A stretch of 64,000 bases of DNA from Octopus sinensis. Lineage: Eukaryota. Positions 12,701 through 24,774 of this stretch are shown piece after piece. The notes beneath the pieces are model-generated. The model did no database searches, was not told the origin of the DNA, and worked only from the letters and a program-made list of their open reading frames with translations. A program made the position numbers and the translations under genes. How positions within the stretch are numbered: the stretch's first letter is position 1; each line of letters opens with the position of its first letter. Location: NCBI RefSeq assembly GCF_006345805.1, contig NC_043020.1, forward strand, positions 12,772,001 through 12,836,000. The letters run 5' to 3'.

Positions 12701-15700
12701 TCTTACTTCTTGTTTCTGTTGTACCTGTATTTCAAAGGGCCGGCCTTGTCACTCTCTGTGTCACGCTGAATATCCCCGAGAACTACGTTAAGGGTACATG
12801 TGTCTGTGGAGTGCTCAGCCACTTACACGTTAATTTCACGTGCAGGCTGTTCCGTTGATTCGGATCAACCGGAACCCTCGTCGTCGTAACCGACGGAGTG
12901 CTTCACTAAATTGTGCAGGAGATTTTAAGTTAAAGCCATTGTTTGTGTATCATGCACAGAACCCCTGTGCCCTGAAGAACACACTCAAGGCATCTTTCCC
13001 TGTTATATGGCTGGCTAATTCAAAAGCATGGGTTACTGTTGGTGTTTTTGAAGATTGGTTCTTCAGTCATTTTATCCCAGCAGCAGAGAAGTACTGTAAA
13101 GAGAAGGGAATTCTTTTTAAGGTTTTACTTACCTTAGATAATGCTCCTGGCCACCTGCAAAACATTGTAGATTTTGACCCCAATGTTACTGCCATATACC
13201 TATTTCTTTACTACCCACAAGGGGCTAAACACAGAGAGGACAAACGGTTTAAGTCGATTACATCGACCCCAGTGCGTAACTGGTACTTAATTTATCGACC
13301 CCAAAAGGATGAAAGGTCAAGTTGGCCTTGGTGGAATTTGAACTCAGAACCTAACGGCAGACGAAATACGGCTACGCATTTCGCCCGGCATGCTAATGAC
13401 TCTGCCAGCTCGCCGCCTTATTACTGCCATATAACATTACCTTGTTACTGCCATATACCTTCCTTCAAACACCATGTCTCTTCTGCAGCCAATGGATCAG
13501 GGAATAATTGCTTGCTATCTTCATTCGTTACTATATGAAACGTACACTGTAGCAGGCAATAGCTGCAACTGATCTCGATGAGTCCATCACACTTTGTGGC
13601 TTTTGGAAGAGATACGACATCTACAAGGGGCTTTACAGAACATAGCAGTGGCATGGAATGATGTACAGAACACTGCTATGAATATTGTATGGAAGAAGCT
13701 TTGCCCGCAATTCGTGAATGATTTTAAGGAGTTTGATAATGTTGCCATCAATAAAATGTTGGTGACTATGAGCAAAGAACTGGAAATGGATTTGGAGGAG
13801 GAGTATTTCACAGATTTATTTGAAAAAGACAAGCAGCCCCTGATGAATGGTGATTTGATAGAGTTTCATGAGCAGCAAAATAAAGAAGAGGAGGTCGAAC
13901 CTGAGCCACATTACTTTACCATTAAGACAATGCAGCAGGCATTTGCATTTTTCAAAAAGGGTCTTTCTATGTTCAAGGATATGGATCCAAATGCTCAATG
14001 CTTTTCCGAGCTTATGGGAGCTTTGTCACGAAGCTTTTGCTCCTTATAATATAAACCTTGAGGAAAAGAAGACAGTTCAAGGAACTCTCAAATGGTTTTT
14101 TAAGCTCATTGAACAAGAACAGCCAGTCAGTTGTTGATATTGATGATCCACAGCCATCTACAACCTATTTCTTTATTACCCACAAGGGGCTAAACACAGA
14201 GGGGACAAACAAGGACAGACATAGGTATTAAGTCGATTACATCGACTCCAGTGCGTAACTGGTACTTAATTTATCGACCCCGAAAGGATGAAAGGCAAAG
14301 TCGACCTCGGCGGAATTTGAACTCACAACGTAATGCAGACGAAATACCGCTAAGCATTTCGCCCGGCGTGCTAACGTTTCTGCCAGCTCGCAGCCATCTA
14401 CAACCGCGATGTAAACCACCAAATTGTATGTACGTATTAGTAAATTTTAAAAAATTTAATTTTATTTTACTATTGCAAAATAATAATTACTGAATTTGTT
14501 TTTTAAGCTTAAAAAAGGCTTTTATTTTACCCTGTCTTTTCACAAACTGCATTCATAAATAAAGCATCCACAATGTAAGGTAAACACTGCCAAATTGTTT
14601 TCGTAAATTTAAATTACTTTTTTTTTTTTACTGTATTAAAAAATAAAAATTTTGTTTGTAAACTTAAAATAGTTTTTTATATTAACCATGTATTATTGAA
14701 AATGCATTCATAAATTAAGTACAGAACTGGGAACGGTTATTGTTGGTTTAGCCTAGAAACAAGTTAATTTGACTTAAATTATGTTTCCTGGAACCAATTA
14801 ACAACATAGGTTCCAGGAAACATAATTTAAGTCAAAAAACAACTTAAGTCAAATTAACTTGTTTCTAGGTTAAACCAACAATGACTGTTCCCAGTTCTGT
14901 ACTTTATTTATAAATGCATTTTCAATAATACATGGTTAATAAAAAACTATTTTAAGCTTACAAACAAAATTTTTATTCCACTTGCCCCTTGCTCCTAGGG
15001 TTCTGTATTTTATTGTGTTCATCATCATCATCATCGTTTAACGTCCGTTCTCCATGCTAGCATGGGTTGGACGGTTCGACTGGGGATCTGGGAAGCCAGA
15101 AGGCTGCACCAGGCTCCGGTCTTATCTGGCAACGTTTCTACAGCTGGATGCCCTTCCTAACGCCAACCACTCCGTGAGTGTAGTGGGTGCTTTTTACGTG
15201 CCACCTGCACTGGTGCCAGGCGAGGCTGGCATCGGCCACGGTCGGATTGGTGCATTTTATGGAAGCCAGTCGAGGTGGCACTGGCTTCGGCAACGATTCG
15301 GATGGTGCTTTTTACATGCCACCGACACGTAAAAATGTTGTCATTGACTGTGGAAAACCTAAAAGTACAGAGAAGATTTGAAATTAATTAAGGCAACATT
15401 ATTTTCTCTTGTTTAATAACATTGCATGGGACCAGGAGTAATGTGTTTACGCGTTGACAAACAGACTTATGTGTTAGATGTGAATAATAGAGAGTTGTTG
15501 GAGAGAAATAAGTTGAGTATGAATGTGTAACCAAGGTGGATTGGTCTGACACCGAGTGGTATTAGGGTCACAACCTGGCAGACGGGGCTCTGGTGAAAAT
15601 CCTCGAAGTGTCTGTTTTGGCAACCGGCGGCTCCTCAGTCGTTCTGTCCTTGCGTCTGCGGACAATCTGCGGCAAACAAGATGTCTCTACATGTGGGATT

Positions 15701-17490
15701 GTTGGGGACCGCTTGTGAGATTCATATATTCCCACGAAACTTCTTCTTGGCCTACTTTTGCCTCTAGGATATATTCCATCACACTTACAGCACATTTTCT
15801 CTTAGTACATAACATTCCTTTCCTAAATGAAAGAAAACCATTTAAATAGAAATTTAATGTTTTCTGTGGGTTGATTGGCTTACATGATGATTGATTCTAT
15901 ATAAAACTGAAGATGTATTTCTTTCTCTTTTAATTTCAGCTTTAGTCGACAGATTGGTTGTTCAAAGATTACCTGATGGAACCACTGAGGGTGTAGGAAA
16001 ACAGATCAAAGAATGGGTAAGGAATTATTATGTTGAGCTCATAATAATAGAAGTCATTGATTTTAGTATTGATTGCGTTTAGAGTTTTAATTGATATGTT
16101 CTTTTCTAAAGAGTTTTGCCTAAACAAGAAATAATAATAATCCTTTCTACAATAGGCACAAGGCCTGAAATTTGAGGGGATAGGATGGTCAATCACATCG
16201 ACCCCCCATTTGTTTGTGTGTCTGTGTTTGTCCCCCTAGCATTGCTTGACAACCAATGCTGGTGTGTTTACGTCCCCGTCACTTAGCGGTTCAGCAAAAG
16301 AGACCGATAGAATAAGTACTGGGCTTACAAAAGACTGGTGCTTAATTTATTGACCTCAAAAAGATGAAAGGCAGAGTTGACCTCAGTGGAATTTGAACTC
16401 AGAGCGTAGTGATGGGCGAAATACCACCAAGCATTTTGCCTTGTGTGCTAATGATTCGGCCAGCTCGCTGCCTTCAATAATAATAATAATAATAATAATA
16501 AATGCCCTGATGCATTACCAGGCAATGGCTCTCATGGCTTCTGATCTCAACTGATTGAAAGTGTTATGTACAGGTTTTGTCTTGATATATCAAAGATGGG
16601 CTACAGCAAATATTCTGCTCAATGCCACAGATTTGCTTGTCAGTTGCTTGATCTTGGACCAGTTGAGAGCATGTCCATTAGTGGCTGACGATATATATGC
16701 ATCTCTGATCATGAGCAGAAGTAGTGCTGGGAGCATCATAGCCATGTGTTGAGAGGGATTCTTTGGGGTTTGAATAATTCACCTCTGGAAACATGGGTGT
16801 CAGTGGTGTTTCGTTCATTTTAACATTCTGAGTTCAGATTCTGACGAGGTCAAGTTTGCCTTTCGTCCCTTTGGAGCTGATAAAATTAGTACCAGTTGAA
16901 TACTGGGGTCAACGTAATCGACTAGCCCCCGCCCCCCAAAATTTCAGGCCCTGTGTCTTTAGTAGAAAGGATTATTATTATTATTAATAGTAGTAGTGGT
17001 AGTAATACTGGGATCAATGCAAATGACTTACCCGCTCCCCAAAATTGCTGGCTTTGTGCCAAAATTTGAAAGCTTTATTATTATTATTATTATTATTATT
17101 TCCCCACGTTTTATTCAGGTACCCAGCTTGTGTCAATACATCCAAGTTTGTGCCAACCAGGTATTTGCCAAGGCTTTGTTAGATGAGAAGAAATATGATG
17201 CAGGCGTTGATGACTTTTTGCAAAGATGTATGGAATCGCCATTCAGCAGGAAACTGGACCTTTGGGGTTTACTCGGTCAGTTATTTTTCAAATTATTTAT
17301 TGTATACAAAGGTGCAGGAGTGGCTGTGTAGTAAGTAGCTTGCTAACCAACCACATGGTTCTGGGTTCAGTCCCACTGCGTGGCATCTTGGGCAAGTGTG
17401 TTCTGCTATAGCCCCGGGCCGACCAATGCCTTGTGAGTGGATTTGGTAGACGGAAACTGAAAGAAGCCTGTCGTATATATGTGTGTATAT

Positions 17491-17522
<32 letters not shown>

Positions 17523-18265
17523 ATATATATATATATATGTGTTTGTGTGTCTGTGTTTGTCCCCCTAGCATTGCTTGACAACCGATGCTGGTGTGCTTAC
17601 GTCCCCGTCACTTAGCGGTTCGGCAAAAGAGACCGATAGAATAAGTACTGGGCTTACAAAAGAATAAGTCCCGGGGTCGAGTTGTTCGACTAAAGGCGGT
17701 GCTCCAGCATGGCCGCAGTCAAATGACTGAAACAAGTAAAAGAGTAAATCAATCAAACTAGAAGGGGTGTTGCATTACCTAGAGTTTCTCCCTCTATATC
17801 TCGGAGTTTAACCCTTTAGCATTCAGATTACTTTGTCAAATCTGTTTATTTATTCGCATGGTTTTAACATCTGTTTTTCATTGCCGGCATGGGTTGGACG
17901 GCCCAGCTTCAGGATTTCGATGATGTGATTGCTTTAGTTTTAGAGTGACATTGTAGGGTAGTTGTGGGTGGTCACATCTGGCTGGTTTGAACTTGAAACA
18001 GATGGACTGTTTAGGTTGGATATACTCTTACTCTTTTTACTCTTTTACTTATTTCAGTCATTTGACTGTGGATATGCTGGAGCACCACCTTTTAGTCGAG
18101 CAGACTGACCCCAGGACTTATTTTATGTGGGCCTAGTACTTATTCTATCAGTCTCTTTTGCTGAACTGCTAAGTTACAGGGACGTAAACACACCAGCATC
18201 GGTTGTCAAGTGATGTTGGGTGACAAACACAGACACACAAACATATGCACATATATACATATATA

Positions 18266-18318
<53 letters not shown>

Positions 18319-19648
18319 ATATATGTGTGTGTGTGTGTGTGTATATATGTGTGTGTGTGTGTGTGTGTATATATATGACGGGCTTCTTTTAGTTTCCGTC
18401 TACCAAATCCACTCACAAGGCTTTGGTCGGCCCGAGGCTATAGTAGAAGACACTCACCCGAGGTGCCACGCAGTGGAACTGAACCCAGAACAATGTGGTT
18501 CGTAAGCAAGCTACATACCACACAGCCACTGAGTTTGAATGCTAAAGGTTTAAATCTCACTAATTTCATCTTCCCCTTTCATTCCTCCAGAATTAATCAA
18601 ATGTATTCCTCTTTTATATTTCAGCTGATTCAATCAGTTGTTCTCTTACTCTATGAATCAGTGACCTTTTGCCAAGAAACAAATGTTATCATAATCATCA
18701 TTGTCATTATCATTTAAAGCAGAAAGCTGCTGGAATCATTGGCATTTGCCAGGCAAAATTCTTTGTTCTATGCTCAGATTCTTCTGAGGTCAACTTTTCC
18801 ACCTGTCAGTCTTACAGGGTTGACCAAATTTAACGGCCTTGTGGGCAAAATTGGAAAGAATCATTAAATTATCATCATTTACATCAGTGGTTCTCAACCA
18901 GAGTCCATAAGGCCCCTGAGGGTTCATATAAGATTTTGGTGGGGGCCATGCAACAAAATAGTATATTGGAGATTCACAATAGTATTTTAGCCCTTTCGTT
19001 ACTGTATTTATTTTGAGACGTTCTCTGTTTCTTTCAATTACTTTAAATATAACAAAGAATTTAGTAAAATAACTTAGTTATCATGCAGCTAGTGTTAGGA
19101 ACATAAATTGTGACTAAGGTTTGATGGAAGACTTTAATTCAAAACTTATGAAACAAGATATTTGTACTCAGAGCCAGAGCCGGTTTCAGCCGGGTTGGTA
19201 ACAAAAGGGTTGAGGGCTCCTGAAAACATTTTGCTTCAGATGTATGTGTTGGAAGAAACAGCTAGGTTTCCTTCTCTAACATTTTACATAATTCAACCTA
19301 CACAAGTTGATGTGAGAAAAACAAAATAGGAATTTTAAAAGAAGTATCTATAAAACTAGTCTTTAAGAATCAAATGGCTATGGGGATCCACCAGAATAAA
19401 ATAGTAATCAAAGGGGTCCAAAGATAAAAAAAAAGAAAAATGGTTGAGGGCTCCTGATTTACATTTTCATTGAACATCATTACTTTATGTAACGACACTT
19501 GGATGGCGAGTAAAATGTTTTAATGTGCTTTGATCTCTGTTTCTAGATGGACCTCGTGGTCGGTTTCTGAAGTATCCGTTATTGATAAAGAGTATCCAGA
19601 GATATGTAAGTATGGCTGCTGATGCCTATCTTGATTGTCGTTTTCACT

Positions 19649-19738
<90 letters not shown>

Positions 19739-22700
19739 ATGAGGGTGTTTTGAATTCTTTTGCTTCTGAGTTGATTCAGTAAGAGTGGTTGTGTTGGTAT
19801 GTCACTAAATGACCTAGTTAAGCTTTCTGTATTTACATGACATGTCCCTACTTAGAAGAGGTGTGTCTCTGGTTACAAGAATGGTAAGTACTCAGAAGTG
19901 CTCTGAATAAAAAAAAGGTCCTCTTGAAAATGATCCGGTGAAATTAAAGACAGCCTTGAAAAACAATATATATATATATATACACACACACATACATACA
20001 CTTTTACCAGAAGACTGGTGTGTTCTTGTATATATCATCTTCATCAAACATTTATTTTCCTTACACCCATGGGCTGAACAACTTGACAGGAACTGGCAAG
20101 GCCAGGGGTCGCATCGGGTTCCACAATCTGCTTTGGCTTGGTTTCTACAGCTGGTTTCCCTTCCTAATGCCAACCACTTTACAGAGTGTAGTGGGCCCCA
20201 TCACCACTGCTTTTTACATGGTACCACACACACACACACACACACTTGTTTCAGTAATTTACTACAGCCATGCAGGAATCATTGCCTTGAATGGTTTTAG
20301 TCAAACAAATTGACCCTAGCATGTATTACTTAAGCCTAGTGCTTATTCTATTGGTCTTTTTTGCTGAACCGCTAAGTTATGGGGATGTAAACACACCAAC
20401 ATCAGATGTCAAATGATTATGGGGTGGGGGAGCACACACACATAGATTATATATATATATATATACATACATATTGTGAAGACGCATGGCTTAGTGGTTA
20501 GGGCGTTGAGCTTATGATTGTGAGGTTGTGAGCTCGAATCCTGGACCGGGCTGCGTGTTGTGTTCTTGAGCAAGACACTTTATTTCATGTTGCTCCAGTT
20601 CACTCAGCTGTAGAAATGAGTTGCGACGTCACAGGTGCCAAGCTGTATCGGCCCCTTTGCCTTTCCCTTGGATAACACTGGTGGCATGGAGAGGGGAGGC
20701 TGGCATGCATGGGTGACTGCTGGTCTTCCATAAACAACCTTGCCTGGACTTGTGCCTGGGAGGGTAACTTTCTAGGTGCAATCCCATGGTCTGTGTCGTG
20801 ACCAAAGGGGGTCTCAGAATATACACATACATACACGATGGGCTTCTTTCAGTTTCCGTCTATCAAATCCATTCACAAGGCTCTGGTCTTCTACATATAT
20901 GTAGAAGACACTTGCTGAATCCAAAACCTTGTGGTTAGGAAACAAGCTCCTTAGCACACAACCATGCCTGTGCCTATATATAGTACATTGGCATCCGTGC
21001 TAGTGGAGCACTAAGAGTACCATCTGAGCGTGATCGTTGCCAGGGCAACAAACTGGCACGTAAAAGCACCCACTACATTCACGGAGTGGTTAGCGTTAGG
21101 AAGGGCATCCAGCTGTTGAAACTCTGCCAGATCAGATTGGAGCCTGGTGCAGCCATCTGGTTCGCCAGACCTCAGTCAAATCGTCCAACCCATGCTAGCA
21201 TGGAAAGCGGACGTTAAAAGACGATGATGATACTGATTCTCTGTTATACATAATAATGAATTTCAACTTTAAATTATACAATAAAACTTCAAATTATATA
21301 AAAATTCATGTACATGTCATTATATTTATGAATGCACACACTCACACACACACACACACTTCATTATACTTGTGTCAGTTAAACATTTAGTTTTTTGACC
21401 AAATTTTTTTTTTTTTTTCATTTTCAAGACGAATTGCGGAAGTGAAGATTACCAGTGTCTCAAAGACTCAGTAAGCAAATTTCCTTTTTCAATGTTCTTA
21501 TTTCATTTCTGTTTTTACTTTCTTCTATAGTTCAGTGTTTCTCAACAAGGCCCCCATACGATCCCTAGGGATCCACTTAAGCAAAATAGTAAATTGGGTC
21601 CACAGTATTATTTTAACCCTTTAGTGTTCAGATTATTCTGTCAAATGTGATGTTTGTTTATTTAAAATGGTTTGAATTAATTCTGCATTATCTTGTAGTT
21701 TAGAGATTTCAGTGATGTGATTTTTTAGTTTTAGAATGTCACGGTAGGGCTGAGGTGAGAGTTGAGATCTGGTCAGTTTCAATATAAAACAGGTTAAATA
21801 TTTGGCCAGATACGGCCGGTTTGAATGCTAAAGGGTTAAGGGTCCCTAAAAACAATATTTTGCTTCAGATGGATTTATTGTAAGAAACAGCCAAGTTTCT
21901 TGTTCTGACATTTTACATAGTTCAGCCTACACAAATTTTGAAAGAAGTATCTAGAAAACTAGCTTTTAAATGTCAAATATCTATGGGGGTCCACCAGAGT
22001 AAAATAGTAACCAAAGGGGTCAAAAGATTAAAAATTGTTGAGAATCTCTTTTTTTCTCCTTCTCTTTTACTTGTTTCAGTCATTTGACTGCGGCCATGCT
22101 GGAGCACCACCTTTAATCGAGCAATTCGACCCCCGGGACTTATTCTTTGTAAGCCCAGTACTTATTCTATCGGTCTCTTTTGCCGAACCGCTAAGTGACG
22201 GGGACATAAACACACCAGCATCGGTTGTCAAGCAATGCTAGGGGGACAAACACAGACACACACGCACATATATACGACAGGCTTCTTTCAGTTTCCGTCT
22301 ACCAAATCCACTCACAAGACTTTGGTTAGCCCGAGGCTATAGTAGAAGACACTTGTCTAAGGTGCTACACAGTGGGACTGAACCGGGAACCATGTGGTTG
22401 GTAAGCAAGCTACTTACCACACAGCCACTCCTGCACCTAATCTCTGGTATAGTTCTTACAATCACAGCTTTTGTTTTTATTTTCATCATAATGACCACCA
22501 CTGTGATCAAGACAGTCCCATTCACGTTGCTAACAGTGGGGTCACTTATATCCAGATTTTTATATAGTTGATTCACATTTTTTTCCCATTTTGCTTTAAT
22601 ATTATCCTGCCCTTGTTCCATACCATGTACTTGCTGACTTACACTGGTAGTTTTGGAAAACGTATATAATAGTAATGATAATAATAATAATAAAATAATG

Positions 22701-23373
22701 CCTTGAAATATATATGTTTTGTCATATATGTTTTTTTTTATCAGGTAAAACTCATTGAAAAGCTGATTGCTGAAGCAGATGAGAAAATTGGTGAAGCTAA
22801 ATGCACATTATACAAATCAAAATTGTCATATGTTTATGATGATCAGGCAAGTTTTCTGAAAATAAGAATATTTCTTTATCTTGTTGGGGAAAAGACAAGT
22901 GGATTGTATTTTATATCTGGTGTATTTGCTATACAGCTAAATTATTTAGATAAATCTATCTGTCTTTGCCCACCTCCCTCTCATATATATCTTTATATAT
23001 AAAAGTAAGGTTGTGTGTCTGTCTACTCCGATTTAGATTCCTAACTACTCCCACATTTTGTGGTGCAGTTTGACCAAAACCGGGTATCTTGTAGTCGTGA
23101 TTCATATCGAGCCCTTCTGGGTATTAGCGCGCGTCTACGATGAGTCTACGATTTTAAAAATAAGTTACCATTATTTTTTCCATTTTAATGCATATTTTTT
23201 TTAAAGGGAAGTAACTCTCTAAAAATGTCTACGATGAGTCAACGATTTAAAAAATTTACCATATTTTTTCCATTTTTAATGCATTTTTTTTGCTATTTTT
23301 TGGCTATAACTCTCTAAAAATGCTATATAGTTATTTCCCTTACAAACCCGAGCAACGCCGGGCGATACTGCTA

Positions 23374-23413
<40 letters not shown>

Positions 23414-24742
23414 ATATATTATTATTAATATCAGGAAATCAATATTAAAACTTAATTCAAAATTGTTAAACTGTCATATACATTATATATTTATACTTAT
23501 ACATATTTACATATATTTATATATATATTTATATTTGTAATACAACAATTATTTTATACACTTATATATCTTTCTAAAGAATTTTCTAATATTGTTTCTC
23601 AATTAGAGGTGTCTTTATCACTTGACCAATCCTTGTAATGTTTAACTTGGGACGGGATTTCGCTTAGATATCTTGGTCTTTGCAGCTGGATCAAACTACC
23701 TGAAATACTTGGTGCACACACCCCAGTCCTTAACATTAAACTCTTCACACAGGTCATCCACCACCTGTTTGAAATCTCCCCACCAACAAGGGTTCTTGTG
23801 GCACATAAGAGGACCATCCGAACGTGGCCGTTGCCAGCGCCGCCTGACTGGCCTCAGTGCCAGTAGCATGTAAAAAGCACCATATATATATACATATTGT
23901 GAAGACGCATGGCTTAGTAGTTAGGGCATTGAGCTTATGATCGTGAGGTTGTGAGTTCGAATCCCAGACCGGGCTGTGTTCTTGAGCAAGACACTTTATT
24001 TCACGTTGCTCCAGTTCACTCAGCTGTAGAAATGAGTTGCGACATCACAGGTGCCAAGCTGTATCGGCCCTTGCTTTTCTCTTGGATAACACTGGTGGTG
24101 TGGAGAGGTGGGGCCGTTTGCCAGCCTCCCCTGGCACGTAAAAGCTCCCACTACAATCATGGATTGGTTGGCGTTAGGAAGGGCGTCCAGCAGTAGAAAC
24201 ATTGCCAGATCAGACTGGGCCTGGTGCAGCCTTCTGGCTTCCCAGACCCCAGTTGAACCGTCCAACCCATGGAAAGTGGATGCTAAACGACGATGATGAT
24301 GATGATGACATATATATATATATATCCTCCCTTCCTGTTTTTGATTTGACCTTACAAATACATTCCCAGCTTTTAAGTTACTTTAATAAAAAAAAAACTC
24401 AATTCAATAACACCGTTTACAAACTCTGCTTGGAATGACCAATTTTAAATACTATTGGAACTTACTAGGTACAGGAATCTTTTATATATATACCATTCTG
24501 CCTAAATAATGGAACTAAAGATACAATATCCCTGCATATCTCACATCTATTTTCATTCCTCCACTTCACTCTCTATTTCATATCTTATCTAGAATAACTA
24601 TTGCTTAACCATTTTCTCACACCGTTTCTGATGAAGGGATATATAAAATATCCCAGAAACAGCTGTAAGGCCTTCTATTTATAAATGTTCTGAAATCTTT
24701 GACAGTCTTGGATTTTTATCTCATTCTGTTAATTTTTTAATG

Positions 24743-24774
<32 letters not shown>

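Larger units (their letters stand above)
11622..14150 (+). mobile_element. Tigger/pogo (CENP-B/TIGD-like) DDE transposase fossil
   Basis: HTH_psq start, FKASQGWFMRF, IFNVDETGLYW, GDFKLKP, LLTLDNAPGH and LQPMDQG motifs are recovered once the insertions are removed; stops and frameshifts present. Confidence 0.92.

Noticed and set aside
23599-23817. Protein-like minus-strand stretch (GDFKQVVDDLCEEFNVKDWGVCTKYF)
   Set aside because: In-frame stops and no splice context or identifiable family; probably a decayed TE.
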